A stretch of DNA of 33,000 nt from Octopus sinensis (lineage: Eukaryota). A program made the position numbers and the translations under genes. The stretch is taken from positions 36,611,001 through 36,644,000 of the forward strand of contig NC_043012.1 of NCBI RefSeq assembly GCF_006345805.1, in the 5' to 3' direction. This document shows, in pieces, positions 9,675 through 20,499 of this stretch; positions within the stretch are counted from its first letter, which is position 1; every line of letters starts with the position of its first letter. The notes beneath the pieces were generated by a model. That model was given only the letters and a program-made list of their open reading frames with translations, ran no database searches and was not told the origin of the DNA.

Positions 9675-10198
9675 CCCTTTAGCATTTCATGTGATCACGT
9701 GACTGACCAGACTATCAGATGTTGTTACACATCGCTGGTCACAATGCGTTCGCATTGTTTTAGCCTTCGAATGACGCCACCCTGCTGGCTAAGCGAGCAG
9801 GCCAACAGAAGAAAGAGTGGTGAAAGAGTACAGCAGGGATCACCACCCCCTGCCGGAGCCTCGTGGAGCTTTTAGGTGTTTTCACTCAATAAACACTCAC
9901 AACGCCCGGTCTGGGAATCGAAACCGCAATCCTGCGACCGCAAGTCTGCTGCCCTAACCACTAGGCCATTGCACCTCCACCTTTAGCATTTAAACTAGCC
10001 ATATCTAGCCAAAATATTTTCCGTTTTATGTTGAAACTGGTCAGCTCCTGCCTTTCACACCTACCTTACAATGTCAGTGTAAAATAAACAATCATCGTTA
10101 AAATCTCATACCTATGAGAAAATGTATGATTAATTAAAAAAAAAACACTGTAAATAAAATAAGCATTACATTTGACAGATAATCTGAGTGCTAAAGGG
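9675..10198. mobile_element. piggyBac-like MITE P1 with nested SINE
   Basis: TTAA|CCCTTTAGCA ... TGCTAAAGGG|TTAA. Confidence 0.85.
9688..9979 (-). mobile_element. SINE-G (tRNA-Arg-like head), full length, young
   Basis: Minus-strand head GGAGGTGCAATGGCCTAGTGGTTAGGGCAGCAGACTTGCGG...GGTTTCGATTCCC; 12-bp TSD CCTTTAGCATTT (9676-9687, 9980-9991). Confidence 0.9.
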
Positions 10199-10407
10199 TT
10201 AAAACAAAGTTTGACCCACTGAGCTGGGTGGTTGTGGTGGTGGCATTGGTCTCAAGTAGGTTGGTATCAAAGGAGTCAATCTCTGTGAACTTTTTACCGT
10301 TTTATTCAGATAAATCTAGAATTTAACTTGGATCGAACTTATTATTTTCCCTCTAATTTACTAAATTGCTCAAATCTTGTCATTAACCCTTTAACATTCA
10401 GATTGCT

Positions 10408-10746
10408 CATCATCATCATCATCATCGTTTAGCGTCCGCTTTCCATGCTAGCATGGGTTGGACGGTTCAACTGGGGTCTGGGAAGCCAGAAGGCTGCACC
10501 AGGCCCAGTTTGATCTGGCAATGTTTCTACGGCTGGATGCCCTTCCTAACGCCAACCACTTCATGAGTGTAGTGGGTGGTTTTTATGTGCCACCAACACA
10601 GGTGCCAGACGAGTCTGGCAAACGGCCAGGATCGGATGGTGCTTTTTATGTGCCACCGGCACGGGGGCCAGACGAGGCTGGCAAATGGCCACGATCGGAT
10701 GGTGCTTTTTATGTGCCACCGGCACGGGGGCCAGACGAGGCTGGCC
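10408..10746 (-). mobile_element. RTE 3'UTR with three 63-bp hairpin modules
   Basis: (CAT)n tail; module starts at 10587, 10650, 10713. Confidence 0.9.
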
Positions 10747-10758
10747 GTCAAATGTAAA

Positions 10759-11251
10759 ACGTGTAAAGACCGTCCTCGGTCATGAATGACCATGGGATTG
10801 CACCTAGAAAGTTCCTCTCCAAGGCACAAGTCTGGGCAAGGTTGTTTATGGAAGACCAGCAGCCACCCATGCATACCAACCTCCCCTCTCCATGCCATTA
10901 TATGTACATAGGGTAAAGGGTAAAGACCACCTTCGGTCATGAATGACCATGGGATTGCACCTAGAAAGTTCCCCTCCTAGACACAAGTCCGGGCAAGGTT
11001 GTTTATGGAAGACCAGCAGTCGTCCATGCATACCAGTTTCCCTCTTCATGCCACTGATGTTATCCAAGGGAAAGGCAAAGGGGCCGATACAGCTTGGCAC
11101 CAGTGACGTCACAACTCATTTCTACAGCTGAGTGAACTGGAGCAACGTGAAATAAAGTGTCTTGCTCAAGAACACAACACACAGCCCAGTCGGGGAATCG
11201 AACTCACTACCTCATGATTGTGAGCCTGACACTCTAACCACTGTGCCTTCA
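10759..11251 (-). mobile_element. SINE-D (tRNA head, CORE-like body, TTTACCC tail) with duplicated 3' ~150 bp
   Basis: Minus head ...AGTGGTTAGAGTGTCAGGC...GAGTTCGATTCCCCG; TSD CAAATGTAAA (10749-10758, 11252-11261). Confidence 0.85.
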
Positions 11252-11511
11252 CAAATGTAAAGTTTATTCATTCACTTTATTTTCAACCAACCATTTATCA
11301 TCTTTTAGCTTTGTGATTTTGATGATGTGATTGTTTATGCTTTTGAATGTCATTGTTGGGTTGGTGTGAAAAGCTGGATCTGGCCATTTTGAACATAAAA
11401 CAGGTACGAATGCGGCCAATTTGATAGTAAACTGCCTGATATTGCACATGGCTGTATGATACCAACTTCCAGTTTGAAAGTGATCTAAATTAAAATCATC
11501 TCTTGAAATTT

Positions 11512-11998
11512 CATCATCATCATCATCATTTAACATCCGCTTTCCATGCTAGCATGGGTTGAATGGCTTGACTGAGGACTGGCGAACCAGATGGCTGCAC
11601 CAGGCTCCAATCTGATCTGGCAGAGTTTCTACAGCTGGATGCCCTTCCTAACGCCAACCACTCTGAGAGTGTAGTGGGTGCCTTTTACGTGCCACCAGCA
11701 TGAGGGCCAGTCAGGGTGTACTGGCAACGGCCACGCTCAAATGGTGTTTTTTACGTGCCACCTGCACAGGAGCCAGTCCAGCAGCACTGGCAACGACCTC
11801 GCTTGAATGTTTTTGTCACATGCCACCATCATAAGTGCTAGTAAGGCGACGCAGGTAATGATCACGCTCGAATGGTGCTTTTTACGTGCCACTGGCACGG
11901 AAGCCAGTTAGCTGCTCTGGCAACAATCACGCTCGGATGGTGCTCTTAGCACTCCACAAGCACAGATGCCAGTCATCGAATTTGATATCAGTTTCGAT
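11512..11998 (-). mobile_element. RTE 3'UTR with four ~66-bp hairpin modules, inserted in a P2 MITE (11445-12105)
   Basis: ATTTCAT duplicated at both ends; P2 sequence flanks it and ends AAAAGGGTTAA at ~12105. Confidence 0.85.
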
Positions 11999-12814
11999 TT
12001 CATGTTAATTAATGTTCTAAACACAAGTTTAATAATGACAAAGTTATTTTACTGCATGAAATGAAGGAAGTGTATTTCAACAGAAATATGGTAAGAAAAG
12101 GGTTAATAAAGTCACGAAGGAAATATTTACTGGCCAGATCTGCTCAATGGAGCAACCAAATGTGTATAACCAATCAAAACAACACATATAAAGGGTCCAT
12201 ACTATCAAAGTAAGGATTGAATATTAGATTTAAAGAGAAGATAGCCACAGTCTGGACATCAACCAAATAATCTTTAATAGACAACTTCTACGACATCAAC
12301 TATCCCCATGTTAGAAGTTTACCCAGGCAGAGATGACCACCACTATTGAACTAGAACTGCTTATGGTTGGAAGGGTTCGAAAATTTAGACATTTCAAATG
12401 TTTAGAATTATGTACAACATGAAATAGCTTTCAGGTCTGGTATTAATGCAGCCTTAAGAATCAAAGAAAATGGTCAAACACTGAACTGTAAATGATGGAG
12501 ATGATGACGATGGAAAATATAAGAGTGTTGGAACTATTTGATTTCATCAGAATTCCTAAATTCTGAAGAGGTCTTTAATACTTCTCAGTTGACATAAGCT
12601 AAGTAGAACATCCAAGGATGGTGCCTATCTTTTATCTTGTCCAAGGGGGCACGGCACAGGCTGGTGTCGAACTTAAAACCTCACCAGCCACGAATGCAAT
12701 AATGATTCACAACTATATAGAATTAATTATTATTATTATTACTAGCTAATTATAACTAATGTGTAGACGTCTTTTACATATTCAATGCTAACAATCTCTA
12801 ATAAGTTGTTGAAA

Positions 12815-13128
12815 TCATCATCATCATCATTTAGCGTTCGTTTTCCATGCTAGCATGGGTTGGACGGTTCAACTGGAGTCTTTGAAACCGGAAGGCTGTA
12901 TCAGGCCCAGTCAGATCTGGCAGTGTTTCTACGGCTGGATGCCCTTCCTAACGCCAACCACTCTGTGAGTGTAGTGGGTGCTTTTTACGTGCCACCCACA
13001 CAGGTGCCAGATGGAGCTGGCAAACGGCCACAAACGGATGGTGCTTTTACGTGCCACCGGCACAGGGGCCAGGCGAGGCTTGCAGCAGACACGAACGGAT
13101 GGTGCTTTTACGTGCCACCGGCACAGAG
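12815..13128 (-). mobile_element. RTE 3'UTR, 5'-truncated
   Basis: (CAT)n tail, CCATGCTAGCATGG, hairpin modules. Confidence 0.9.
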
Positions 13129-13134
13129 CGCCGT

Positions 13135-13186
13135 GCTAAAATAGGAAGAGTGCAACATTGGCTAAAATAGGAAGCGTGCAACATTA
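13135..13186. repeat. 26-bp direct tandem duplication
   Basis: GCTAAAATAGGAAG(A/C)GTGCAACATT twice. Confidence 0.85.
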
Positions 13187-13405
13187 ATAAAACTGAGGTC
13201 AATGATAAAGTGGAATGCAAAAACCCAGCTTGGCTTTCCTAAATAACTGAAACAAATATGTAAATGTTATGAAGATTGAAACTAAATAAATTTGAAATAC
13301 ATTTTATAAATATTGTAAAGAGATACAGAAATGTGACAAAGTTGGGTTTGTTCTGCTTGTATAAACCTGAAGTTAAATATGAGAAATTATATTTTCTCAA
13401 TATTA

Positions 13406-13792
13406 AGCACAGATGTAGCTGAGAAGTTTGCTTTCCAACCATAAGGCTTTGAGTTCAGTCCCACTGTGTGGCACCTTGGAGCAAGTGTTTTCTACTAGAG
13501 ACCAGCTCAATCAAAGCCTTGTGACTGGATTTGGTGGAAGGAAACTGAAAGAAGCCCATCATGTATGTGTATGTGTGTATCTTTGTCTTGACATTATGTA
13601 ATGGTTGTAAACTAACATCACCTTGATACTAGTGAGGTTGTTCATTTCCAGCTTTCTGGAAATATCACCTGGCTTGGAAACAGGTATGGGTTGGTGGCAG
13701 GAAGAGCATCCAGCCATAGGAAACCTGCATCAACAAATTGTGTCTGACCCATGCAAGCGAGGAAAAGCAGACATTAAAACAATGTTGATGAC
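13406..13792 (+). mobile_element. SINE-E full length (SINE-A-type head, distinct body, RTE-like tail)
   Basis: GAGTTCAGTCCCACTG head ... GGGTTGGTGGCAGGAAGAGCATCCAGCC ... CCCATGCAAGCGAGGAAAAGCAGACATTAAAAC. Confidence 0.8.
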
Positions 13793-13889
13793 GAAGCATT
13801 ATTTATAACTGCTGGAATGGATAAAAACAAAATTTTGAATTCTTTTTCATTTGCACAAGGGATCTTAAGTCTTGCAGGCTGCATGATGA

Positions 13890-14361
13890 CCTCATAAGTA
13901 TTGGTGCCATGAAAAAAAGAAAAAACACCCAGGACACATTGTGGTCGGCATTAAGAAGAACCACACAAAAGTAGATATTGGAGAATGATGTAGTCCCTTG
14001 AATTCAATGGATGCTGCCAAACCATCTAAACCATTCCAGCAAGGAACACAGATGTTAAATGATGATGATGATGACGATGACTTGGATTCTGTCTTTGTGA
14101 AAATAATAAATAAATGTTGCACGTAAAAAGCATCAACCAATCATGGCCATAGCCAGCCTTCCCTGGCACCTGTGCTGGTGGCACCTAAAAAGCACCCACT
14201 ACACTCACGGAGTGGTTGGCATTAGGAAGGGCATCCAGCTGTAGAAACACTACCAGATCAGACTGGAGCCTGGTGCAGCCTCCTGGCTTCCCAGACCCCG
14301 GTCGAACCGTCCAACCCATGCTAGCATGGAAAACGGACGTTAAATGATGATGATAATGATG
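13890..14361 (+). mobile_element. Two adjacent RTE 3' ends (an older degraded copy, then a younger copy at 14116-14361)
   Basis: Two (GAT)n tails, at ~14060-14085 and ~14345-14361. Confidence 0.75.
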
Positions 14362-14727
14362 AGAATAGACTGCATGATTTACCTATTTTGAAAGTCTCTA
14401 ATTAATTTCACACATTTTGGAAAGCCATTCTCTCAGAGGTCACAATCTGAATAATGCCACTTTCCTTCTATTTGACCAAATGTTGGATGAGATTAGATTT
14501 TTATTAGAAAAACATCAGTCTGATATTATTGAGTTGAAAGTTCTCTCCATCTCACTGGGATTGATAAAACAAAGTACCAGTTGAGTACAGGGATCCATAG
14601 TAACAACTTCCAACTCTCATTAAAATTGCGGGTCTTCTGCCTAAAATAAAAACTATTAAAGGTCTTCTGTCTACCTTAGAAATAATTAAGTTGAAAGTTA
14701 GTTATATCACTAATCCATACAATTATA

Positions 14728-15123
14728 GGTGCAGACATGGCTGTGTGGTAAGAAGCTTGCTTCCAACCACATGGTTCCAGGTTCAGTCCCACAGCATGGC
14801 ACCTCGGGCAAATGTCTTCTACTATAACCTTGGGCCAACCAAAGCCTTTATGAGAGGATCTGATAGACAGAAACTGAAAGAAGTTCATTGTATATATGTT
14901 TGTGTGTGTGCGTGTGTGTTTGTGTCTGTCCCCCTCCCATCGCTTGACAACCAATGTTGGTGTCTTTATGTCCCCGTAACTTAGTGGTTCAGCAAAAAGT
15001 GCCCGATAGAATAAGTATTAGGATTACGAAAAAGTAAGTCCTGGGGTTGATTTCTTCAACTAAAACCCTTTAAGGAAGTGCTCCAGCATGGCTGCAGTCA
15101 ACCGACTGAAACATGTAAAAGAG
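14728..15123 (+). mobile_element. SINE-A full length
   Basis: GGCTGTGTGGTAAGAAGCTTGCTTCC head through GAAACATGTAAAAGAG tail. Confidence 0.9.
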
Positions 15124-15231
15124 TAAGTCTTCAGTATTTTGAAAATTAAAAGCCCAAAGACACCAGATAGCATATTCTTGCCATAAATAAAACTAAATAA
15201 ACCTCCAGTCAACTAGTTTAAATATTTTCAG

Positions 15232-15530
15232 AGGCAGCTATGGCTGAGTGGTTAAGAGGTTTGTTTGCCAACCACACGGTCTCAGGTTCAGTCTCACTGT
15301 GTAGCACCTTGGGCAAGTGTCTTCGACTGTAGCTTCATACAGACCAAAGCTTTTTGAATAGATTTCCAAGATGGAAACCACAAGAAGCTTTTCCTGTGTG
15401 TATATATAAGCACTGGTATTGGTGCAACATACAAAGCACCCACATTTTGTAAAGTGGTTGGCATTAGGAAGGGCATCCAGCCATAGAAACTATGTCAAAA
15501 CAGATAATTGGGGCCTGGTGCAACCCCCTG
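15232..15530 (+). mobile_element. SINE-A head followed by an RTE-tail fragment
   Basis: GGCTGAGTGGTTAAGAG...GGGCAAGTGTCTTC; GGTTGGCATTAGGAAGGGCATCCAGCC. Confidence 0.75.
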
Positions 15531-15597
15531 TCATATGGTCCACATATCATATGTGGCAGCATAACATTACATGATGATGATGATATATATATATATT

Positions 15598-15883
15598 GTC
15601 AATAATAAAAGGGTAATATTAATTAATTATTAATTAATAATTTTACCAAGTAGTGTTCAGTATGTAAAAAGACCATTTACGGTATATTTAAAACATTACG
15701 TTATATAATTAGTGTTCAGTAAAATAATTTACTTTACCACACACTGAACTTTTAGAAATAGCAGCCAAAAAATTTTAGCTATTTCTTCTACTTGAAGAAA
15801 TAGTTAAAATTTTTTGGCTGCTATTTCTAAAAGTTCAGTGTGTGGTAAAGTAAATTTTTTTACTGAACCCTAATTATATAACG

Positions 15884-15887
<4 letters not shown>
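15598..15887. mobile_element. Palindromic element copy 1 (possibly a Penelope-like terminus)
   Basis: 94-bp arms at 15695-15788 and 15794-15887, 3 mismatches, 5-nt loop; flanked by (TA)n; homologous to 20500-20790. Confidence 0.7.
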
Positions 15888-15925
<38 letters not shown>

Positions 15926-16049
15926 ACATACAGGAGTGAGAGGACAAATGAAAGAAAGGCACTTAACACATTTATTGGGAGTTACATGTATGGATCAAAA
16001 CAATGTCATTCAAATTCCAAAAAATTTGAATCAAACTGTTTTGATCCAT

Positions 16050-16345
16050 ATCATCATCGTTTAACGTCTGTTTTCCATGCTGGCATGGGTTGGATGTTTT
16101 GACTGGGGTCTGGGAAGCCAGGAGGCTGTACCAGGCTCCAGCCTGATTTGGCAATGTTTCTACGGCTGGATGCCCTTCCTAACGCCAACCACTCCATGAG
16201 TGTAGTGGGTGCTTTTTTCGTGCCACCAGCACAGGAGCCACTGAGGTGGTCCTGGCATCTGCCACAACTAAAATTTCCCTTTTTGATATCGATTTGATTG
16301 AGATTCTAATTGTGATGGGCAACACACTGTACTTGAGGAGACGTA
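16050..16345 (-). mobile_element. RTE 3'UTR
   Basis: (CAT)n tail, CCATGCTGGCATGG, GGATGCCCTTCCTAACGCC. Confidence 0.85.
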
Positions 16346-16384
16346 TTGAGTCAATCAAAATCTATCTATATATATATATATAAA

Positions 16385-16790
16385 TAGTTGGCGCTAGGAA
16401 GGAGATACAGCCACAAAAATCATACCAAAGCAGGCAGTAGAGCATGGTGCAGTCGTTCAACAAGCCAGCTCCTGTCAAACCGTCCAACCCATGCCAGCGT
16501 GGAAAATGGACATTAAATGATGATGATGATGATGTGTGTATGATTGTTTTCTTGTCTTGACATCACATGAAAGTTGTAAATGAGCGTCACTGTCATACAA
16601 GCAGTGTTATTCGTTTCTAATATTCTGTGCGAGCATATCTGGCCATGGGCAAATATTACCTTGCTTGCAAACAGGTATGGGTTGATGACAGGAAGGGGAC
16701 CTGACCAGGGAATCTACGTCAATAAATGCTGTCCGACTCTTGCAGGTATAGAAAAATGGGCGTCAAAACAACGACGATACGAAACAACAG
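16385..16790 (+). mobile_element. RTE-tail copy followed by a SINE-E body
   Basis: CCCATGCCAGCGTGGAAAATGGACATTAAATGATG; TTGTCTTGACATCACATG...GGGTTGATGACAGGAAGGG. Confidence 0.75.
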
Positions 16791-17339
16791 AACGTATTTT
16801 AAATAATTGAAAAGATATCGAAACAACACGAAAGCGTCACATAAAATATTAAAATATGGTATTTCCCACTTTTAGTTAAATTAGGACAAGGAAACATTCT
16901 AAACACTGCAAGTTGACCATCTTTTGCAAACGAATACATTACACACATACACATTACCTCTGTATAAAGGGGTTTATTCATGTCAAATTAGGGAATCTAG
17001 AAGCTAAAGATATTTATTTCAAATACGAAATATAAAAGCAACACAACAAAATCTTCCTCGCCTATTAAAAAAAAAACAACAAAAATCTGCCGAAGTGTGT
17101 AAGGGGAGGTAAGTACGTTAAGCACAAAACTATAAATTATTCCTCATGTTTTATATTATTGTTATTATTATTATGTTTCCGGCAGGAATAATTAACACAG
17201 CATGCCTTTTAAATTAAATTTAGTATCATATCGATAGGTAGTTTTGCCTCACTGTATCGAAAAAGATTAATATTTATTAATTCATTAGCCTTTACTTGGT
17301 TTTCTGCAGATGGTGTGTGTGTGTGTGTATACATACATA

Positions 17340-17922
17340 TAAAGCCCGTTCAAAATGTATCCGACTTTATCTTTTCCCGCAAAAACTAAACCCGCGTGGG
17401 TGAAATCCTGTGGGTGGGAGGTGACGCCACCCTTTCTGCGCAAGCATGAAAAATTTTGCGCCGGTAGGCCGCGCCAGTACCCGGCTGTTACGCCTAGAGT
17501 ACAGACGTGTAGTGCGCGCTCGCGGAACTTTCGTTTTCACGCAAAAATACCGAACGCGAGGAGCAGAGATTTTGCACCAAGTTTTACCAGAAACTTGATG
17601 GTACTCAAGTTCAAACCATCCAGAAGATTAATCAGGCCTTTAGCGACGATGCTATGTGGAAAACTCGGATCAAAGAGTTGTACAACTGCTTCAGACATGG
17701 CCACAGCTCAGTGACGAGCGAAGACGTGCTCGGATAGGCCGTCCACAAGCCGAAACGATGATCCGATTGAGAAGGTTCGGCGAATAGTCATGGAAGACTG
17801 TCGTGTAACTATCCAGGAAAATCCTCACGAAGTGGAAATAAGCACAGGATCAGTGCATTTCCAATTTAAGGAAGGATTTGTGCATGCGGAAAGTGTCGGC
17901 GAAATTCGCCCCCAAGATGCTG
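17340..17922 (+). mobile_element. Degenerate Tc1/mariner element: left end plus transposase N-terminal HTH region
   Basis: TEREEQRFCTKFYQKL...AFSDDAM..TRIKELYNCF..G / RPSTSRNDDPIEKVRRIVMEDCRVTI.E...EVEISTGSV / DLCMRKVSAKFAPKML (WVP-like linker); 2 frameshifts, start codon lost; left end AAAGCCCGTTCAAAATGTATCCGACT. Confidence 0.9.
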
Positions 17923-18239
17923 CTATATGTTATCCATTGATGAAATTTGTCACTGCCTTCGAAAATGACAGAACTAATTATCTGTAATAATTAAATCACT
18001 CGGCTTTTATCACATTCGTTATCCCACAATTTAGCTTTAATAATTTCGTTGTTACCGATCCCAATGTTTTGTCATATAAAATATGCATTCATACCTCGAA
18101 AATATATATTTCTATAATTATTCCCCGATGACAAGCCCAACCAAAAGCCACCTTCTTTGACATTTCTCTTCTTAGTTACAAAATAAAGATCACACTTTTT
18201 TTTTGTTCCTACTACTACTACATTGACTTTCATTTCGAG

Positions 18240-18240
<1 letters not shown>

Positions 18241-18286
<46 letters not shown>
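18241..18286. repeat. (TA)n microsatellite
   Basis: Direct reading of the sequence. Confidence 0.95.
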
Positions 18287-18289
<3 letters not shown>

Positions 18290-18817
18290 GACAACTGTAA
18301 ATAAGAACACACGATTCTTGTCTGCATTTATCTACTGCTAACCAAACATGTTCAGCTGTTTATAAAACCATAAATATAACTATTTTATTTTTCGCTCAAA
18401 AAAAAAAAATAATCAAACTTAATTCTGTATATTATCCTACATCTTTTTTTTTTTTCGGATAATCCAGAATTTTTTTTTTTTTCGGATAATCCAGATTTTT
18501 TTTTTTTTTACAGGAAAAGAAAAAAATCCACAAATAATGATGTTAAAGAGAGAAAAAGCGGAGTAAATAATCTTCACTCAACTTTCATTACAGAAAGTGA
18601 ATGACTATTTCTACTATTGTATTTTGCGTTATTGAATGTAAATAAATTTCATTATTTTGGTCAGATATTCTGCAACAGAAGAAGAAACCCAGTACTTTTG
18701 CTCATTATTAACCAGAATAATTTTACAACTTCCATACATTCAATTTGCGATTATTAAGTGAGCCGGTAATTAGTTTTAAGAATTATTTTAATTAATGACA
18801 CTTAAAAAGACATGTTA

Positions 18818-19553
18818 AATTTCAATTACGCCGCTTCTCTCCCATTATACCTGAACGAGTATCAGCGAATATCATTGGTTTACTCTACCTCTATTATATT
18901 TCCTGCTGGAAAAATGGGTCTTGTCTATTTTGACTACCACCGAAGTTCCATTCTTCAAGTCCGTGTCATCACTTTGGATAGGAAGTTGTCCAATAAAACG
19001 AATACCCTCATCTTTGCACAACTGGGCCCAGTCGCTGCCAGTTTTCGCAGCAGTATCTTGCAATAGCATATCTTTAGTCCAAGAATAAATGAAAATCACT
19101 AACTGTGACAGATCCAGCTTAGATTTATCAAAGACCGAATCAGTTCTTATAGACTTCCTATTTTTACAACGGCTGCAGTACCACCTATATTTGTCTTCGC
19201 AACCTGTATATTTATTTACACCACATGGAATGTTGCATGTCGTGCATGTGTATGTGTTTCTAATCAACCGACGTTTGGCCAACCATTCCAAAATATCCAA
19301 AGAACCCGGATCACCAATTGACTTAGACAAAGAATTTAAGGTCCACTTTTCATCTCGGATTTCTGCATCTGTCAAAACTTGGTCGACAATTTTCAGTTTC
19401 TGCTTTGGACCTCTACGAGCCATGTTAAATGATTTGCTAATAAAACTATTTTATTTCTCATCTTATGCACTGTATATCAGCTAGTTTACAATTTGTTGTC
19501 CAATCTCATCTAAACTTTGGTAAAATGAAAGCAAAAACGGCGTAATTAAAATT
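18818..19553 (-). mobile_element. Merlin (IS1595/ISXO2-like) DNA transposon, internally deleted
   Basis: Imperfect ~35-bp inverted repeats AATTTCAATTACGCCG... (18818-18851) and ...CGGCGTAATTAAAATT (19519-19553) bracket a transposase ORF; no TSD recognised. Confidence 0.8.
18872..19423 (-). pseudogene. Truncated Merlin/IS1595-type transposase ORF, 183 aa
   Basis: Zn-ribbon CTTC...RWYCSRC..RKSIRTDSVF..SKL and VVKIDKTHFSSRKYNRGR (family motif VEIDESxFxxRKYNRGR); stops after the first catalytic D. Confidence 0.85.
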
Positions 19554-20499
19554 GGAATCAGCAGTAATGGAGAAAGTCAAAAATCCGACATGGATTTCAT
19601 GAATTGCCGAAACGAAAAGAAATAAGAATGAAATGCTTTAAAATAACCAAAGTAGACCTCCCACTCCAACTTTTGTTATTCCTTTTTAACTGTCAAAGTA
19701 ATTTTCAGATTTTTCTGATTTTTGACATGGGATTGTGCAAAATTAAATTAATGAAAACAAAAGAAATTGTTAAAAATATCAAAATTTATTTACCCCTCCC
19801 CCAACATACATAAAGCGTGAATCGTGAGGAAACACAAATTTCTTAGAATTACATAAAAACAGGCGAAACACGACTGACTGTGCCTTCATATTAGCTCTTT
19901 ACCATATTTGTTAACTATATTCCAGATTTATTTAGTCTCAGCACCAATTATATACAGTAGGATTATATTACACAAATAGAGACGAACCACCAGAAGGCCC
20001 TGGGTTTCTTTGATGCTTTGCAGACATCCGACCAAAATAACAAAAGTAATGATTATTAATAAAAAGCATTAATTAGTATAATAATAACTCTCACTTTATA
20101 AGACAGAAATGTAAAAATGAGGTTATATTTTTATTGGCTTCGAATTAATAAAATATTTGAGTCACTTAAATTTTATTAATCATTTTAGAATCTAATTAAC
20201 TTCACTCGAAACTGCTTATGTAACTATCACATATTAAATGCATATACATAGATATATTTATTATGCATAATATAATACTAGGGTGTTGGGGATATTTAGT
20301 TTGACACTACGGTATTATATATATATATAAATAATGGTACATTATGTATACACTTGTCTGATATATATATAATACTAGTATCATATACATGAAAAAATCA
20401 TATTTTCATTAGCACCATTCTATACAAGCTCCAAATAAATACCTCGTAATAAACACACGCACACATATATGTGTGCGTATATATACAAAAAGATTTATC

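Larger units (their letters stand above)
9510..10282. mobile_element. piggyBac-like MITE family P2, hosting a P1 MITE
   Basis: CTGTTGAAATACAC...TAGTAAAATAACTTTGTCATTATTAA on the left and GGTTGGTATCAAAGGAG on the right; same family at 28053-28730. Confidence 0.6.
10383..11440. mobile_element. P1 MITE in reverse orientation, carrying two nested retroelements
   Basis: TTAACCCTTTAACATTCAGATT start; resumes as GTCAAATGTAAA at 10747 and again at 11252. Confidence 0.7.

Noticed and set aside
9900-9979. tRNA-Arg gene (and other tRNA-like heads)
   Set aside because: The acceptor stem is incomplete, it continues into a SINE body and it is flanked by a TSD, so it is a SINE head and not a tRNA gene.
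11309-11403. Plus-strand exon candidate (TTTTAG...CAG|GTACGA)
   Set aside because: All frames contain stops and the sequence is the interior of the P1 MITE.
12170-12250. GIY-YIG-like peptide NTYKGS...LNIRFKEKI (Penelope endonuclease relic)
   Set aside because: It has an in-frame stop, lacks the first motif half and conserved His, and has no adjacent RT. Too weak without a profile search.
17060-17114. GAG|GTAAGT donor as the end of a first exon
   Set aside because: Isolated motif with no acceptor or TSS evidence, loosely similar to SINE-B tail sequence, and several such hexamers are expected by chance in 33 kb.
18455-18510. TTCGGATAATCCAGA duplicated between poly-T runs
   Set aside because: Simple slippage duplication or homopolymer assembly noise.
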